Shown here: one piece after another, positions 52,741-64,000 of the stretch
How positions within the stretch are numbered: position 1 is the first letter of the stretch
Layout of the letters: each line of letters starts with the position of its first letter
NCBI RefSeq assembly: GCF_018350175.1
Contig: NC_058383.1
Coordinates: 29,576,001 to 29,640,000, forward strand
Direction of reading: 5' to 3'
Origin: Felis catus
Lineage: Eukaryota
Length of the DNA stretch: 64,000 nucleotides
The notes under the pieces: generated by a model
The model's database searches: none
The model's input: the letters and a program-made list of their open reading frames with translations, nothing else
What the model was told of the DNA's origin: nothing
Made by a program: the position numbers and the translations under genes

Positions 52741-55700
52741 GCAGAGAGAGAGAAGAGGGAGAGAGAGAATCTGAAGGAGGCTCTGGGCTGTCAGCTCAGA
52801 TCCCGCTCGGGCTTGAACTCATGATCCGTGAGATCTTGACCTGAGCCCAAATCAAGAGTCGGATGCTTAACTGACTGAGCCACCCAGGTGCCCCAGTGAC
52901 AACTGCTTTAAAACACTCTAACCCATTCTAGGACCTGAAGCGCATGTATTCCTAAGGATTAAAACCAAACCTTCCCTCTTAATGCTGAGGAACATTTGGT
53001 GCCTGGATCATCCCTGCCCTCTAACAAAGGGAAAGTTGCTAACCTTTGGGGTCCAGTTTCAAAATGTTTTAAAGATGATTATGAAAGGAAAAGAGAATAT
53101 CAAGAGTTTTACGTAGGGGATCAAGAGGTTGCAGGTTGAGAACGTGATGGAAGATAGCGGTGTTGGGAGTGAAGAGCAAGCAAGGAGGTTTCTAGGTGGG
53201 GCCCAATGTCCTGGGACTGCCTCTCAGGGAAGGTGTCCAGTCCACCATCTGGAAGGGCGGAACTGAGAGGCGAGGTCTCTCAGGTCACGAGCCACAGTCT
53301 CGCTTGGCTAAGAACCTTCCATCCGGAGCCTATAACATCTCCCCCCCAAGTCTGTTTACTAGGGGTTGGGCTTACAACTCACGGCCCAGCTGAGACGACG
53401 CTTGAAATTACTCACAACACATAGAATTGCAATGCATCTGCTGTATTAAAATTTCATGGGGAAAGCAATTAGGAAAACCTAGAGGCTTAGCTAATGTCTT
53501 AAAAATTAGATAACGTCTTACCCGGTAATGAACAGAAAGACATCCTGAGCTAGAGTGTGCTTTTAATGATCGTGCAAGTTAGGACAGCTACTCAGCTAGA
53601 GACAGGTGGGCAAGTGACCTAACCATGGCGACAACAACCAAGTCACGTCTATTGTGGGCCTGCAAGATGCAGACACCGTGGCTGGGGCGGGGCACATTAC
53701 TAACCACCATCCCGGCTCTACCTCGCTCTGTTCAGCTCTTTCCTATCTCTTATTCGGGGCTGGGGGCTTCTTCTACTGCCATGATTCTCCTTTGAGTTCA
53801 AGGTGTCCTGGGGCACAATGAGGTGGTGTCCACTAAGATCCTAAGGTAGCTACTATTATTTTCCTTATTTTTCACGTAAGGAGAAGAGGACGTAGGAGGG
53901 TAAGGAGCTTGTCCACGGCCCCCAAGTGGGAGCAGGAGCAAATTCTACTTGACTTTGAAAACTGTGGACACCCCCGCTCCCCCTACTGCCTCCTTAGATG
54001 CCTAACACGGGCAGGCCATGAACGCCATCCTGAGTCACTTTGACTTGAACACGTGACTCATATGGTCCACATCCTTTCTATACTTGTACATCCCTTTAAC
54101 ATAAACTCAGAATACTCTTGGATCAATCCCTCCATGATGACAGTAGTAGATTTGTGTCTGTGGGTGGCAACCACACTTTAAAAAAATTTCTTGGGGCACC
54201 TGGGTGACTCAGTCGGTTAAGCATCCCACTTCGGCTCAGGTCACGATCTCATGGTTCATGAGTTTGAGCCCCGCGTTGGGCTCTGTGCTGATGGCTCAGA
54301 GCCTGGAGCCTGCTTCAGGTTCTGTGTCTCCCTCTCTCTCAAGAATAAACATTTAAAAAAAGTAAAAACATTTCTTTTTTTAATGTTATTTATTTTTTTA
54401 TTTAAAATTTTTTCAACGTTTTTTATTTATTTTTGGGACAGAGAGAGACAGAGCATGAACAGGGGAGGGGCAGAGAGAGAGAGGGAGACACAGAATCGGA
54501 AACAGGCTCCAGGCTCTGAGCCATCAGCCCAAAGCCTGACGCGGGGCTCGAACTCACAGACCGCGAGATCGTGACCTGGCTGAAGTCGGACGCTCAACCG
54601 ACTGCGCCACCCAGGCGCCCCTAATGTTATTTATTTTTGAGAGAAAGAGACAGATACAGAGACAGAGCATGAGTGAGGGAGGGGCAGAGAGCAAGGGAAA
54701 CAGAATTCGAAGCAGGCTCCAGGCTCTGAGCTGTCCACACAGAGCCTGAGGCGGGACTCAAACTCATGAACTGCAAGATCATGACTTGAGCCAAAGTTGA
54801 ACACTTAACCAACTGAGCCACCCAGGTGCCCTGCAGCCACATTTTTAAAAAGCTACTATGAATTCAGCAACAGTTTCAAATAGATCTGTGGTATATTAAA
54901 CCGGAGAGCGTCTACGAGCATGTGCAAATTTTTAGTATATGACCTTGAGAGGCCTGTTACGATTCTGTCTGCGGGCAATGGATGGTACGCGTAGGAGGGA
55001 GGAAACCATTGCAATACCTACAGAGCTTTGCCGGGGACCTGAGGTCCTTGGGAGACCCACTGGTGTGTGTCACTTACATTAATTGTCTGAAAATGAAGTC
55101 ACCTGTGTACTAACACTGTGTCATTATTCCACCGAGAGAAGACTTGTATTTGGTTAACTAATTATTACTCATAGAGGCACAGGGAATTTAATCATTAAAC
55201 TAATCTCTTTTCTCAGAAATAAGGACTTTTGATGACTCTAATTAAAATAAAAATATTTTTACTGTTTGAAAACAGAAAAGGAAAAAAAAAAGTAACAATG
55301 AATCTGAACCTGAAAACCAATTACCTGCCCTTCTTTGCAAGGACATCAAGAAATGATAGTGGTTCTTATGGATTAGGCAATTAGCTTTTTGTAGGAATTT
55401 ATGAGGAACCCTGAGGAAACTCTCCCATGGAGAAAAGAATATGTGAGTCAGGCAAATTTTGTGAAGTGTGTTTTTCTTACTTTTATTTATTTTTTTTTAA
55501 TTTTTATTTTTTTAACATTTATTCATTTTTGAGAGGCAGGGAGAGACAGAGCATGAGCAGGGGAGGGGCAGAGAGAGAGGGAGACACAGAATGTGAAGCA
55601 GGTTCCAGGCTCTGAGCTGTCAGCACAGAGCCCGACGCAGGGCTTGAACTCACCAGCAGAGAGATCATGACCTGAGCTGAAGTTGGCCGCTTAACCAACA

Positions 55701-55794
55701 GAGCTACCCAGATGACCCAGGTTTTTCTTTAATTTTAGAGACATTCCTTTTCCCTTACCATCTTCTCCCTCTTAGAATGTATTCTGACAAGGTA

Positions 55795-55953
55795 CAGAGG
55801 ACTGGCTACATAGTTTGTGGGGTCCAGTGCAAATGAAAATTCAGGGCATCTTGTTAAAAAAGTAATGGGAATTTCAAGATGGCAACAGCAGAGCGTTCAA
55901 CCAAGCCTGGGACCCTTCAGAGCTTGGGGTCCGGGTGGCTACGCAAGCCCTGA
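55795..55953. mobile_element. MER45A-like hAT MITE
   Basis: CTGGCTACATA.TTTGTGGGG.CCAGTGCAAA...ATTTCAAGATGGCAACAGCAGAGC. Confidence 0.65.
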
Positions 55954-58900
55954 CCATGGCGCTGACAAAGAGCTTTGACCTTGTGAATAATAATGATCTA
56001 AGAGCTGTTCGTCTTTGTCAGTAGGCATTGATGATGCTGTTGTAATCCATTTGCCTGACTTGGAGTTAGTGTCATGTGTGGGGAATGGAAAGTAGGGGTG
56101 GTGGTGGCGGGGCCGTTTCCCTGGCATCTTGTTCATGAGGGGACTTACACATAGACTTTCCGTGTTTTCTCCAAATGTGGTTCCACCTACAGTCTCATAG
56201 AAGCACAGATGGGGGAAGAAGCATAGGTAGAAGATGCTAAATATGGGTCCGATTATTGGACCACATTGCTTGTAGTGACCTGTGACAATCTTTAATAAAC
56301 CATGTCACTTTCCTATAGGAGTTTGTCATTGGGGTAGGCATGTATGCAGAATTAAATCTGTAAATTATAAATTACAAGAAAAATAAACATTAAAAAAGAA
56401 AACAGAAACATTAATTCCCCACCTGCTGGAAGCATTGAGGGCCAAAGGTTCTTTGTCCTAACCTCTAAGACTTGCTCTCAGAAGAAGCCTGTCACTTCTT
56501 GGGGCTAGCCACGTGTAATTAGAATGGACATATTTGGCTGTTGGCAAATCCCCACAGTGGTTTCTTGGCTATCATCATGTGCCTGGGCCGGGCTGGCGGA
56601 CTAATTGGCTTCATCGAGGGATCTCCATGCTCCACATTCTCCAGATATTTCCTCTTGGCCACGTTTGTTTCTTGGGAGAAGAATCCACCCGTATGTTACC
56701 AGCATCCAGAGCTCTGGGACTTTGGCCAAGAGGTTGCTGCAGAGGAAAATCTAATACTGGTCATGCCTTGCCTCTGGCTTTAGTGGAGCTGTTCATTTCT
56801 ACTTTAATACGCTTCTTCCGGTCTGAGGTCGTTTTCATACATATCATTTCTCCTTTTTAGGAGTTTATTTCAAACCTGGAATGGATGTTGGATTTTATCA
56901 AACAGTTTTCAGCATGTCTTGGTACAATCATGATGTTTTCCTTTGATCTGTTGAAGAACTATGTTGAATTCTCGATTTCCTAGTATTAATCCATTCTTGA
57001 TTCCCACAAGTATTTTAGTTAATTAGCCAACAGCACATTTGGAAAGCAGTGTACCTGTGGGGGGTAACCATGGTAACCAAAAGACTCTCCATGTCAAGGT
57101 GGTTCAGCCCAATGGTCCTGGCTGGCAAAAGCAGGGGGTCTGGAAACAGGAAGCCATGTCTTGGAATCCAGTTTCTGCATCGTACCAACTTCATGGCTGT
57201 GGGCAAGTTTCTTGAGCCTCAGTCTTTCCACTTGTAAAATGGGAATACAGGAATGAAAAGTAAATCATGGGACTATTTTGAGCGTTAACCGAGTTAACCT
57301 GACACATGGTCATAGCTTGGCAAATATTGGGCGAAGGATTTCTTTTTAATTTTTATTTAAAAAATTTTTATTTTACATTTATTTATTTTTGAGAGGCAGA
57401 GAGAGCGCGCGAGCAGGGGAGGGGCAGAGAGAGAGGGAGACACAGAATCTGAATCAGGCTCCAGGCTCTAAGCTGTCAGCACAGAGCCTGACATGGGGCT
57501 CAAACCCACGAACCGTGAGATCGTGACCTGAGTGGACTGAGCCCCCCAGGCGCCCCAGGGAAGGGTATTTTTGAATGAAGTAGATGCTGACAAGAGCAGA
57601 ACAATTTGGTAACCATGGATGTCAAAAGTCAGTGTGTAGGTAATTTTTTAAGTGTGAGCTGCAGCTTTAAATAACTATATTTCATATCAGAATGTCAAGA
57701 CTCTGAGAAAACCCATATTTCTCTTCCAGTCTTTTTATTCACCACCCATTTTAGTCTAAACACCAGTTACATATTAAATTATATTATTAAAATTAAATAA
57801 AGAAAATTTATTTGGATGAAACTTTTTCTTACTTCTTTCCCCAGCAAAATTACTATGGCCCCAAAGAATGAAGATTGTAATGAAATAAACGGAAATTGAA
57901 TATTAACTTTGTGAGTGAATTTATTTTGAGTTAGCAATAAATCCAAGGGAAGGAACTGAAGAATAAATGTATAGATTCAATTTAGTTAAAATATAGATGC
58001 ATTCTAGATTCTATGAGTGTTTGTGTATTGTATTTGTATCGATCTATATGTAATATAGACCAGTGAGTTGGTGCTTTGCCAAAAGGTAGCACATAGAGTA
58101 CATGTGAATACAATTGCAAAAAGTTAATCTTGATGTGTGTGCCTGTGACAATTAGTATGCTTTGTTGTTTTGGTTCTAACTGACCAGCATTAACGCAGAT
58201 TTCTACCTTGATGGGATCAGTAATAGATCATGTAGCCTTTGTCATCTTTTCATATCCTATTCTTGAATATAGTTAATGTTTACTATCTTTTTGGGATGCG
58301 AGCAATTGCTTGTTTATTTTGATGAAGGAAATAAATTACCTTCCCATAATATCGGAGTGAGTCCCTCATCTCATTAGATAACGGAATTTAAAAGACTCCG
58401 AAATGATTCCAGACTAGTTAATAGCATCTTAATTATCTCACATCATTTCAGGAGAAACAAAACGTCCCTCTGGGGTATACTTTGTCTTGGTAGGAATAAT
58501 GACGGATGAAGGTCTAGGGAATAGGCGTGTATTAATGTATCAAATTCTTCAAGAAGAAACACACAATTCAATCAGATGTGTTGACTGAACTCCTGCAAAG
58601 TGGCTTGTTGGGAGATGAGAGGGGACAACACCCATTAACAGGAGGAAGAGGGACAACACATGTCTGGGACAGAGTAGACAAGGCCAGTAAAGGAACTGGT
58701 TTCCTCTCCCGTGGAGCACGATCGGACAGTTGAATTCCCTGGGAAGAGTTTCCCTTACAGGGTGCGGGGAGGAAAGAAGTAAGAGAAAGCCTGTTGCAAA
58801 TTGAACGAGGGCAGGAGTGAATCATGTTTCCACTCAAACTCTGAGCCTGACAGACACACTACCAGGGCCAGGCACGATGGCTTTGGCATCACTGCTCATG

Positions 58901-60962
58901 TCTCCAGATGTGCAAGCACATAGGAAACCAACTGACGTATGAAAGTAGAGAGATCTCAAAATCGTAGGATCAAACTCAGGAATCAGAACAAGACTCGCTG
59001 GGGGAGCCTGGGTGGCTCAGGCGGTTAAGTGTCCGATTTCTGCTCAGGTCATGATCTCACCGTCTGTGGGCTCGAGCCCCTGCTTCGGACCCTCTGTCCC
59101 CCTCTCTCTGTCCCCCTCTCTCTGTGCCCCTCCCCCACTTGTACTCACTCTCCCTCTCAAAAATAAGTAAACATTTAAAAATTAAAAAAAAAAAAAAAAG
59201 AACAAAAATCGCCTTGCGAACTAGCGGTGTTGCAAGAAACTTTAGGATATGTCTTATATTTTAGGATATTTCTAAAGTATATTTTAACACAATTCTTTGG
59301 AGCATTACATTTGGAAACATTACATTTGCGGGTGATATTAAAGAGGAAAGAGGTGGAGACTGGAAGGATTGTATGGAGAGAAAATCCATACTGGATAAAT
59401 GACAATCTGCAGTGGACACAATTGCTATACAGAACACAATTGTCTGTTGTGGAAAATGGAATCAGAGCAGTGCGAGACGTGTTTAAAAATGTCTCCCAAA
59501 ACCCAAAGGGAGAGGACAAAGACATGAACACAGACTTAAGGAAAGATCAAAGAAATGCAGACTAGAGGGAGAAGAATGAGAAGAATTTCAGAAGGAGCAA
59601 ACAGCACATAGAGACGGAATCATTCAAAGGAATAGTAGAGATGCCTTTTTTTTTTAGCTGAATAATGTTAAATTTATGGTTTACTGAGCACAGGCCAAAA
59701 CAAACTTATGAAAATAGACTAGCGAAGAGTATAACCCACACAGCATCAAGGCTAAGAGGGTTTTATGCTTGATTCTTCTCCACACGTGTCAAATAGAAGG
59801 AGTTTGCAGAATCATACTGCCATACGTTAGACAGTGACTGTAAGTTGTACCCTGATTCCAGAGGGTGTAAACATGTGATAAAATGTTCATTTTCAAATCA
59901 ATCAAACAGGCTATTTTGATGAAATGTTTGAATTTTTTTTGAGAGAGAGAGGGAGAGAGAGCATGTACATGAGCAGGGAAAGGGCTGAGGTGGAGAGAGA
60001 GAGAATCTTTTTTTTTTTTTTAACATTTACTCAGTTTTGAGAGACAGAGAGGGACGGAGTGTGAGTGGGGGAGGAACAGAGAGAGAGGGAGACACAGAAT
60101 CCGAAGCAGGCTCCATGCTCTGAGCTGTCAGCACAGAGCCTGACGTGGGGCTCAAACTCAGGAACTGTGAGATCGTGACTTGAGCTGAAGTTGGATGCTT
60201 AACTGACTGAGCCATCCAGGTGCCCCTAGGGAAAGAGAGAATCTTAAGCAGGCTCCATGGAGCAGGGCTAGATCTTATGACCTTGGGATCTTGACCTAAG
60301 GTGAAATCAAGAGTCAGACACTCCATTGACAGAGCCACCCTGGCACCCCAAAATGTTTGAATGTTAAGAAGGAAAAAAATATGATGGGCATTCAGACAGG
60401 ATAAAAGACTACTTACTTAGGAAAAAAAAATAAGGCTAAGATATTTCTTATCTGCAAAACCAGTGATCAAAGGTAAGGATCTGGCTCCTCTCTTGTTCAT
60501 GTGGGAAGGCAACAGACAATTTCAGACATGATCAAGATGTATATCTTTTTATTAAAAATATTTATTTATCTTTGAGAGAGAGAGAGAGAGAGAGAGCACA
60601 GGAGAGGAGGTGCAAAGAGAGAGAGGGACACAGAGGATCTGAAGAGGACTCTGTACTGAGAACAGAGAGCCCAATGTGGGACTCAAATTTACGGACCTCG
60701 AGATCATGCCCTGAGCCAAAGTCCATCACTAAACCAACTGAGCCACCCACGTGACCCAAGATGTATATCTTAACATACACTTCCTGAAAGTATTTACCAT
60801 CATACTCCAGACAACTGGAAAATCAATCAAAGTATATAAATTAAGAATGTGGAACTCAAGGTATAAAATAACTGCTTACACAAAGTCTAAATTAATCCTA
60901 ATATAGCTATAAAACAATGCAAATGTTTAAAGAATCTATAAAGTGAAGCATATAATGTATAA

Positions 60963-61003
60963 ATGTATTAATTAGGGTTCTTTTGAGAAAAGAAACAAAT
61001 GAG

Positions 61004-61039
<36 letters not shown>

Positions 61040-61345
61040 TCTAAAAAGATACAGGAAAGTCAATGGTATAATTCCAGTCCGAAGGCTGGCAGCCTGGAGA
61101 TCCAGGAGAGTGGATGATGTAGACGAGGTCTAAAGGCAGTCTGCTGGAGACTTTTCTCTTACTCATGGGAAGGTCATTCTTTTTGTTCTATTTAAGTCGT
61201 CCTGACATTATGGATGGCAATATGTTTTACTCTATTAAGATGTTAATCTTGTCCAAAATTACCCTTGCAGAAACACCCACAATAATGTTTGATGAAATAT
61301 CTGGGTACCCGATGGTAAAGTTGACACATACAATGAACCATTACA
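60963..61345 (-). mobile_element. MLT2 (ERVL) LTR containing (TG)n
   Basis: TGTATTAATTAGGGTTC...(TG)n...GTTAATCT...AATATCTGGGTACC...AAGTTGACACAT...ACCATTACA. Confidence 0.75.
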
Positions 61346-62304
61346 GTAAATAAAAGTACTTTAATGATGATAACCAAGATCTAAGATGACAAATTAAATC
61401 CATAATGCTGGGGAACATTGAGGAGAGGAGTGAAGGAAAGAGGGGCATACACAGTGGTGTGCTGGTAAACCAGCTCTCCACAAAAACAAGTACTAAAATC
61501 TCACTAAATGTAGAGGTAAGAAGAGATGTGTAGAGTCAGCTGTTGGGAGTCACTTCAAGGTGCCTCCAGCACATCCTATCCATGCCCATGCACATATGTC
61601 GAATTTTCACCTACTTTATCTCTCATCTATGCTTCATTTTCAGTTTGCATTTGTCTGATAGATCTTCCTCTATTATTTTAATCTGCCTTTTTGGTATATA
61701 CATTATAAGCAAAATAGAGTTTTTGTTTATTTATTTATTTTTAAATGTTTATTTATTTTTGAGAGAGAGACAGGCAGACCACAAGTTGGGGAGGGGCTGA
61801 GGGAGAGGGACACAAAGAATCCGAAGCAGGCTCCAGGCTGCGAGCAGTCAGCATAGAGCCCAACACGGGACTAGAACTCATGAACTGTGAGATCACGACC
61901 TGAGCCCAACTTGGACACTTAACCAACTGAGCCACCCAGGTACCCCTAGAGTTTTATTTTTAATAAACCTTATTTGAAACTTCTTTTAGGGGCGCCTGGG
62001 TGGCTTGGTCGGTTAAGCGTCTGACTTCTGCTCAGGTCATGATCTCACGGTCTGTGAGTTCCAGCCCCGCATCGGGCTCTGTGCTGACCGCTCAGAGCCT
62101 GGAGCCTGTTTCAGATTCTGTGTGTGTCTCTCTCTCTGCCCCTCCCCTGTTCATGCTCTGTCTCTCTCTGTCTCAAAAATAAATAAATGTTAAAAAAAAA
62201 AAAAAGAAACTTCTTTTAAAACCTTATTTGAAATTCCTAACCATTTGACAGGGAAGTGTAACCCATTTATATTTATTGGCAATGTCAGCATGTTTGGTCT
62301 TTTT

Positions 62305-62790
62305 TTTCTTTTTAATTTGAGTACTGCTGAGACATAATGTTACATTAGTTTCAGGTGTACAACATGATTCAACAAGTTTATACATTACTATGCTCACCAC
62401 AAGTGTAATTACCAACTACCATCCATGTAGTTACCATACTATTACAATGTCATTGACTATATATCTTATGGTATGCCTTTTATTTTCATGACTTAATCAT
62501 TCCATAATTGGAAGCCTCCAACTCCTCTTCACCCATTTTGTCTATCCCTCTATCCCCCTTCCCTCTGGCAACCATCAGTTTGTTCTTTGTGTTTAAAGGT
62601 CTGATTCTGCTTTCTATTTGTTAATTAATTTGTTTTGTCTTGTAGATTCCACATATAATGAAATTATATGGTATTTGTTTTTCTCTGACTTATTTCACTC
62701 AGCATAATGCCTTTGAGGCCCATCCATATTGTCACACATGGCAATAGCTCACCCTTTTTTATGGCCAAGTAATATTTCATTGTACATGTT
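62305..62790 (-). mobile_element. L1 3'-end fragment (carnivore type)
   Basis: Reverse-strand L1 3' UTR: GTTACATTAGTTTCAGGTGTACAACAT...TAGATTCCACATAT...TGACTTATTTCACTCAGCATAATG. Confidence 0.85.
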
Positions 62791-64000
62791 AACCCATTTA
62801 GTCTTATATCTGATATTTTGTTTTATGATTACTGCTTTTGTACTTTATCCTTCAAAAATTGATTTTCATTGCCTCTTTTTCCCTACTCTATAATCTTTAG
62901 GGTTTTCTAAGTTTCCTATAACACAGTTTTCTACAGTGTTCTTTCTGTTTTAAACTGTCTCCAGTGTGGATTTTAATTCTCCTATTAGAGTTTAGATTTC
63001 CTTAAATTCTTTTAAAATTTTATTTGGCTTTTCCCCCTGCATTTTTGCCTTCATCTCTTATGGCTTCCTACTTTTGTTTCATAGAGGACTCTTGATTTTC
63101 TATCTATCTGTCTATCTATCTATCTATCTATCTTCCTTTAAATTGATCAATATAAAATTAATTGCAATTTTAACAATATTTAAAAAAATTATGTCCATGT
63201 CTTTTATTTATTTATTTTTTATTTTTTTTTCAACGTTTATTTTTTTATTTTTTGGGACAGAGAGAGACACAGCATGAACGGGGGAGGGGCAGAGAGAGAG
63301 GGAGACACAGAATCGGAAACAGGCTCCAGGCTCTGAGCCATCAGCCCAGAGCCTGACGCGGGGCTCGAACTCACGGACCGCGAGATCGTGACCTGGCTGA
63401 AGTCAGACGCTTAACCGACTGCACCACCCAGGCGCCCCTGTCCATGTCTTTTAGAAGATGATCGTTAAGTTTTGTTTTTCCTCTAAGTCTTTAAGGTAAT
63501 GTTCTCTTTCCTTATGCTTTAGTACCTTTTTATAGCCTCAAATGTGAGTCGTAATTTTAAGGTTTTTGCACCATTTAATTAACTATTCCACCTAAATATT
63601 TCTGATGGATAATAAGATTTTTGATATTTTATGATGATGTATCATGGATATTGAGTTGCAGAGCACTTAAAGAAAAGTACATTCTGTATGTCTTTGAAGT
63701 CCTGGAATAAAAGTAGCTTTAAAATAACTCATGATCTATAGAACTGATTTTTATGTACTGACAAGAAAGTATAGATATAAGAGGGATTGTTAGAAATGTA
63801 TGTAGATGAAAAATAAAATGGCCTCATTTTATTAGTAATATTTATTAAATCAGAAAAATTAAGTTTTATTTTAGCCTTTCCCAAAACCCTGTTCAAAGTT
63901 TGATATTTTAATATAATTCATAAGATTTAGGGTTTAACAATAATAAAAGCAAGTTGGATATTTACAAATTTGTTTAGTGAAGAAATCTCAGAAAAAAACA

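Larger units (their letters stand above)
51714..63438. mobile_element. Upstream CanSINEs: 51714-51940 (+), 52677-52894 (-), 54193-54362 (+), 54398-54621 (-), 54622-54832 (-), 55480-55717 (-), 57342-57556 (-), 59000-59199 (+), 59933-60349 (-) with nested 60009-60226 (-), 60545-60757 (-), 61720-61946 (-), 61989-62205 (+), 63205-63438 (-)
   Basis: Heads, tails and TSDs, e.g. AAAAGTTGGCA, AAGATGTATATCTT, GAAACTTCTTTTA, TGTCCATGTCTTTTA. Confidence 0.9.

Noticed and set aside
59227..59800. 112-aa ORF with a coiled-coil-like look
   Set aside because: Most likely a decayed L1/HAL1 ORF1-type remnant. I saw no splice structure or recognisable product and could not assign it confidently.

Overview
Mammalian genomic DNA from a felid (cat family), judged from about 40 tRNA-derived CanSINEs of the felid SINEC_Fc type and carnivore L1 ends. 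The window holds one complete protein-coding gene, ERCC4/XPF, the nuclease subunit of ERCC1-XPF. It lies on the minus strand with 11 coding exons from 48591 (ATG) to 18918 (stop). All splice junctions were read directly, and the exons sum to 2751 nt (916 aa plus stop) with an intact GDxnERKx3D nuclease motif. Intron 8 has a non-canonical GC donor. The probable 3' UTR runs to a poly(A)-signal cluster at about 15166-15342. The rest is intron or intergenic DNA rich in SINEs, L1, LTR and DNA-transposon fossils. I found no new multi-gene system. The most unusual elements are a 9 x 31-bp CpG minisatellite directly upstream of the start codon, a second degenerate ~56-bp minisatellite in intron 1, inverted SINE pairs closely flanking exons 4, 5 and 7, a (GU)21 tract abutting a poly(A) signal, and an unusually long duplication around one SINE. 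Repeat family names come from memory of the consensus sequences, not from a database search.
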